The translations under genes and the position numbers were made by a program. Below the pieces are notes generated by a model. That model ran no database searches. It had not been told where the DNA came from and saw only the letters and a list, made by a program, of their open reading frames with translations. From positions 111,416,001 through 111,480,000 of the forward strand of contig NW_024704742.1 in the NCBI RefSeq assembly GCF_018977255.1: a stretch of 64,000 nucleotides of DNA, in the 5' to 3' direction. This stretch comes from Callorhinchus milii (lineage: Eukaryota). This document shows positions 61,140 to 64,000 of the stretch, one piece after another. Every line of letters starts with the position of its first letter. Position 1 is the first letter of the stretch.

Positions 61140-61402
61140 GCCCTCACCTCATTCCCTCTCGCTCCTTTACCTTGTTCCAGTGCCTTGGGATATCCTCCCA
61201 ACATGAAAGGCGCTATACAAATGTAATTTTGTTGTTATTGTTCAAGGTGCATTTCAAGACCTATCTCTTTGACCTACCTCTTTTGGTTATCTATCCCATT
61301 CCAGTCCCTTTCGTCAGCTACCACCCTTAGCTCAGGTACCAAGCTAGTATTGTTAAGCACCTTGGGTTGTCCTCCTGATATGAAACATGCTATATAAATA
61401 TA
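61140..61402 (+). mobile_element. Two tandem L2 extreme 3' ends
   Basis: CCTTGGGATATCCTCCCAACATGAAAGGCGCTATACAAAT and CCTTGGGTTGTCCTCCTGATATGAAACATGCTATATAAAT. Confidence 0.78.
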
Positions 61403-62289
61403 AAATGGCATTTACTGTAATCTGGAAACCGACAGTGACTGCGTACTAAGTGTATGGATAATGCAAAGCAATGCAATGAGGAAGTGCGGTTTAGCACTCC
61501 TGCTGAATCCTACCGCGCTGTAAAAGCTGATATAATGCTATTTCTATACATGAGACACATAACATTTGCCCAGATCTGCAGGTAGTTTCTCTGGCTGCTA
61601 TCCAGTTTGTATTGAAACACTAAACAAATTAATCCTGGCTGCTTATTAACAATGCAGCTTGTCCTGTTCTCAGATATCAGCTGCTCTGCCATGGTAGGCA
61701 TACCATTTACACAGTTCACCACACACTTGCACAGAAGCTGACATTGAGATGCACAGGAGCCATATGTGAGTGAGTTGACAGCTTCTTTCTTTGTGTATAC
61801 CTCACTTAGAATGGGAAAATCATTGAATGTGAAATAAGGAGTGTTTAGACTTTTAGAATTGTCATCGCCTGCTTTAACTATATGAGGACTGGAATGTTTT
61901 CTTGGTTTCTGAGGAATGACCTTGGTTTCTGTCGGGCTTCCTTCGTGCAATAGTGTACAACTTTTGCACTGTGATATAAGTTTTCTTTTATTTCAAACTG
62001 CCTTAAATATTTTGGTCATGTTTAGATTTTTGGTTAAAAATAATATCAAATCAAATTAATTCTGTTAAATTGCCCGTACCTATGTTAGCAACAATTATGT
62101 TAAATCACACAAACTGAAATTGCAGTGAAAAGTCAATTATCACCGACCTCAGACTAAACACCCCCCACCGCCCAACCCCCAACCTGCACCAACCTCACTC
62201 CCACACAGCTCCCCTTCCCCCTCCTAAAGCGAATGATAACTGTTGGTTGCTTTTATCTGCGGTTTGGTTTAATATAATAATTAGCACCA

Positions 62290-62670
62290 GTGACCCCACT
62301 TCAGTTACAAGTCATAGATTGTTGGTTCAAACCCCATATTGAGATATTAAGATTACAGGCCACTCCAGTGCAGTTTTGGAGGAGTGTTGCATTTTCAGAA
62401 TTGTCATTGTTTGCATGAGGTAAGGTCGTATCTTTCAAATCAGATGGATGTTAAAGATCCATTACTCATGGTTTGTCCCGGTATCCTGGCCAACAATCCT
62501 CCAGATAAATTAAATTAAAAGTAGTTTGTGGGAACCCACTGTGCACAAATTGGCTGCCACATTTACTTACAAATACACAATCACTAACAACCCTTGACAA
62601 AAATTACCTATGACTTTGCTATGAGATGTTTTGACCTTATAGGTGTTATGTCAAATGAAGGATTATTATT
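62290..62670 (+). mobile_element. SINE family B
   Basis: GGTTCAAACCCC B box, Deu domain, tail GGATTATTATT. Confidence 0.78.
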
Positions 62671-62964
62671 AAATAATCAAATAAAACAGAAGTAATTGTT
62701 TAAGCTGGTTGTCTTAGGATCCTGATGAGGTTGTACAGTACAATCAAGGTTGCAGCTGAGTTTCTTGGTCACTACCTCAGTCTGGTTACAACTTCAAAGG
62801 ATTCATAGTGTTTGGAAAATCAGAAGTGGTTTAACCTCAAAAGTGAACTAAAAGGACAGGTATCTTTTTTAACCATCATGTTTGATTTGTTTTTCTTGCA
62901 CGTCACAATATTCTTTTATGTTCTACAAACGATACGATATCACAAACCCCTATGATTCGTTATC

Positions 62965-63320
62965 CCACATTGGGACTTGGAATCACATTGTCTAAGCTGA
63001 CAATCCAATGTAGTGCTGGGGGGTGTGCATTCTATCGGATGAGATGTTAAACTGAGGTTCCGTTCAGGTGGACGTTAAACATCCCATGGCACTATTCGAA
63101 AAGAAAAGGGAGTTTCTCCCGGTGTCCTGGCCAACAATCCCTCAAATAAAATTGGTCATTTCAATGCTATTTTTGGGACATCGTTGTGCGCAATTGTGCT
63201 GCTGCATTTGCCTACAAATCTAGTCGCTCTGTTTCACAGTAAATCCTGTGATGAGCTTTCAGATGTTCTTCTGATATAATAAGGTGCTATACCAAATGCA
63301 AGGATTATTATTATTGTTGT
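62965..63320 (+). mobile_element. SINE family B
   Basis: CGGATGAGATGTTAAACTGAGG...ATCCCATGGCACTATTCGAA...CGGTGTCCTGGCCAAC; tail. Confidence 0.85.
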
Positions 63321-63749
63321 TATTCTCTGTCAGAGAGGATATTCAGACAACCTATTCCAAGCCTCTGCCAATGTTCCTCTGTAACCAGCTGATGAAGTTA
63401 AGTGAAAGTAGTTGGGAGTGCCTTGGGAGGCACCTTGTCTATGTTCTAGGTCTTGCCTTATTGGCTTGTCTAAGATTGGGAGTTCATTTACAGGAAGCAC
63501 AGTATAAGCATGTGAGCTGGCATCCAGAGTAGCACTGATACAGTGTTTCAGCACACTCAAACACTATATTGGAAACCCCATATAATTGTTATCAATGAAT
63601 TCTGGCAATCACAGCCCAGCTTTCACAGTTATAGAACACACAACTTCTCTGGTTAGATAACATGAACTCAAGGAAGAATTCAGAAAATGCACTTATAAAA
63701 GCTCTTAGTTTTTTCCCTGTTACCCACAACAAGAATAATAAGAATTTCA

Positions 63750-64000
63750 CATCTTTCACGTACGATAACATCTCACAGAGATGGGAGGAGCCTGATGGGG
63801 GACCTGTAACAGGATAGAGTTTGCCGAGCAGAGAGGGTGAGCAAAAGAATGGGCTCGGAGATTACAAAGAAGGAGGTGCATTTGCATGAAGGAATTTTTT
63901 AACCAGGTTCAAACCAGAACCTTAGGAGGCCAGCCGAGCGGAGGCTTCGGGTGGTGGAGTGGGGGGGTAAGCAGGTCGATTAGGTAGGGAGGTGTAAGGG
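63750..64000 (-). mobile_element. L2 3' fragment running off the window edge
   Basis: Minus strand CCCTTACACCTCCCTACCTAATCGACCTGCTTACCCCC...CTCCGCTCGGCTGGC resembles the L2 ORF2 end. Confidence 0.7.

Noticed and set aside
62722..62750. CTGATGA followed by the hairpin GGTTGTA-CAG-TACAATC, as a hammerhead
   Set aside because: No GAAA box and no helix I or III pairing

Overview
Eukaryotic, AT-rich vertebrate genomic DNA. It is most likely from a cartilaginous fish, plausibly a chimaera/holocephalan; this is inferred from the repeat families and not verified. I found no recognisable host protein-coding gene, rRNA, true tRNA or CRISPR array, so the window reads as intronic or intergenic. By a rough tally of my own calls, about 40% is transposon-derived: many L2 and CR1 LINE fragments (one young L2 has an uninterrupted ~380-codon RT-region reading frame), two families of tRNA-headed SINEs with a Deu-type domain and an L2-like tail, a Tx1-type LINE fragment, an LF-SINE-like relic, non-autonomous Helitrons carrying a variable minisatellite, several MITE-like relics, and a cluster of Penelope-like element pieces at 55.8-60.3 kb. 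The most striking structure is at 60034-60266: a 13-bp target-site duplication flanks a perfect 77-bp inverted repeat whose 24-nt loop is a decayed hammerhead-ribozyme core. Two further copies of that core nearby allow an intact minimal hammerhead consensus to be rebuilt. A few splice-site-bounded segments in unique DNA may belong to an unidentified spliced transcript, mostly on the minus strand (low confidence). Family names come from recalled consensus features and need Dfam/Repbase confirmation. Boundaries of old repeats are approximate.
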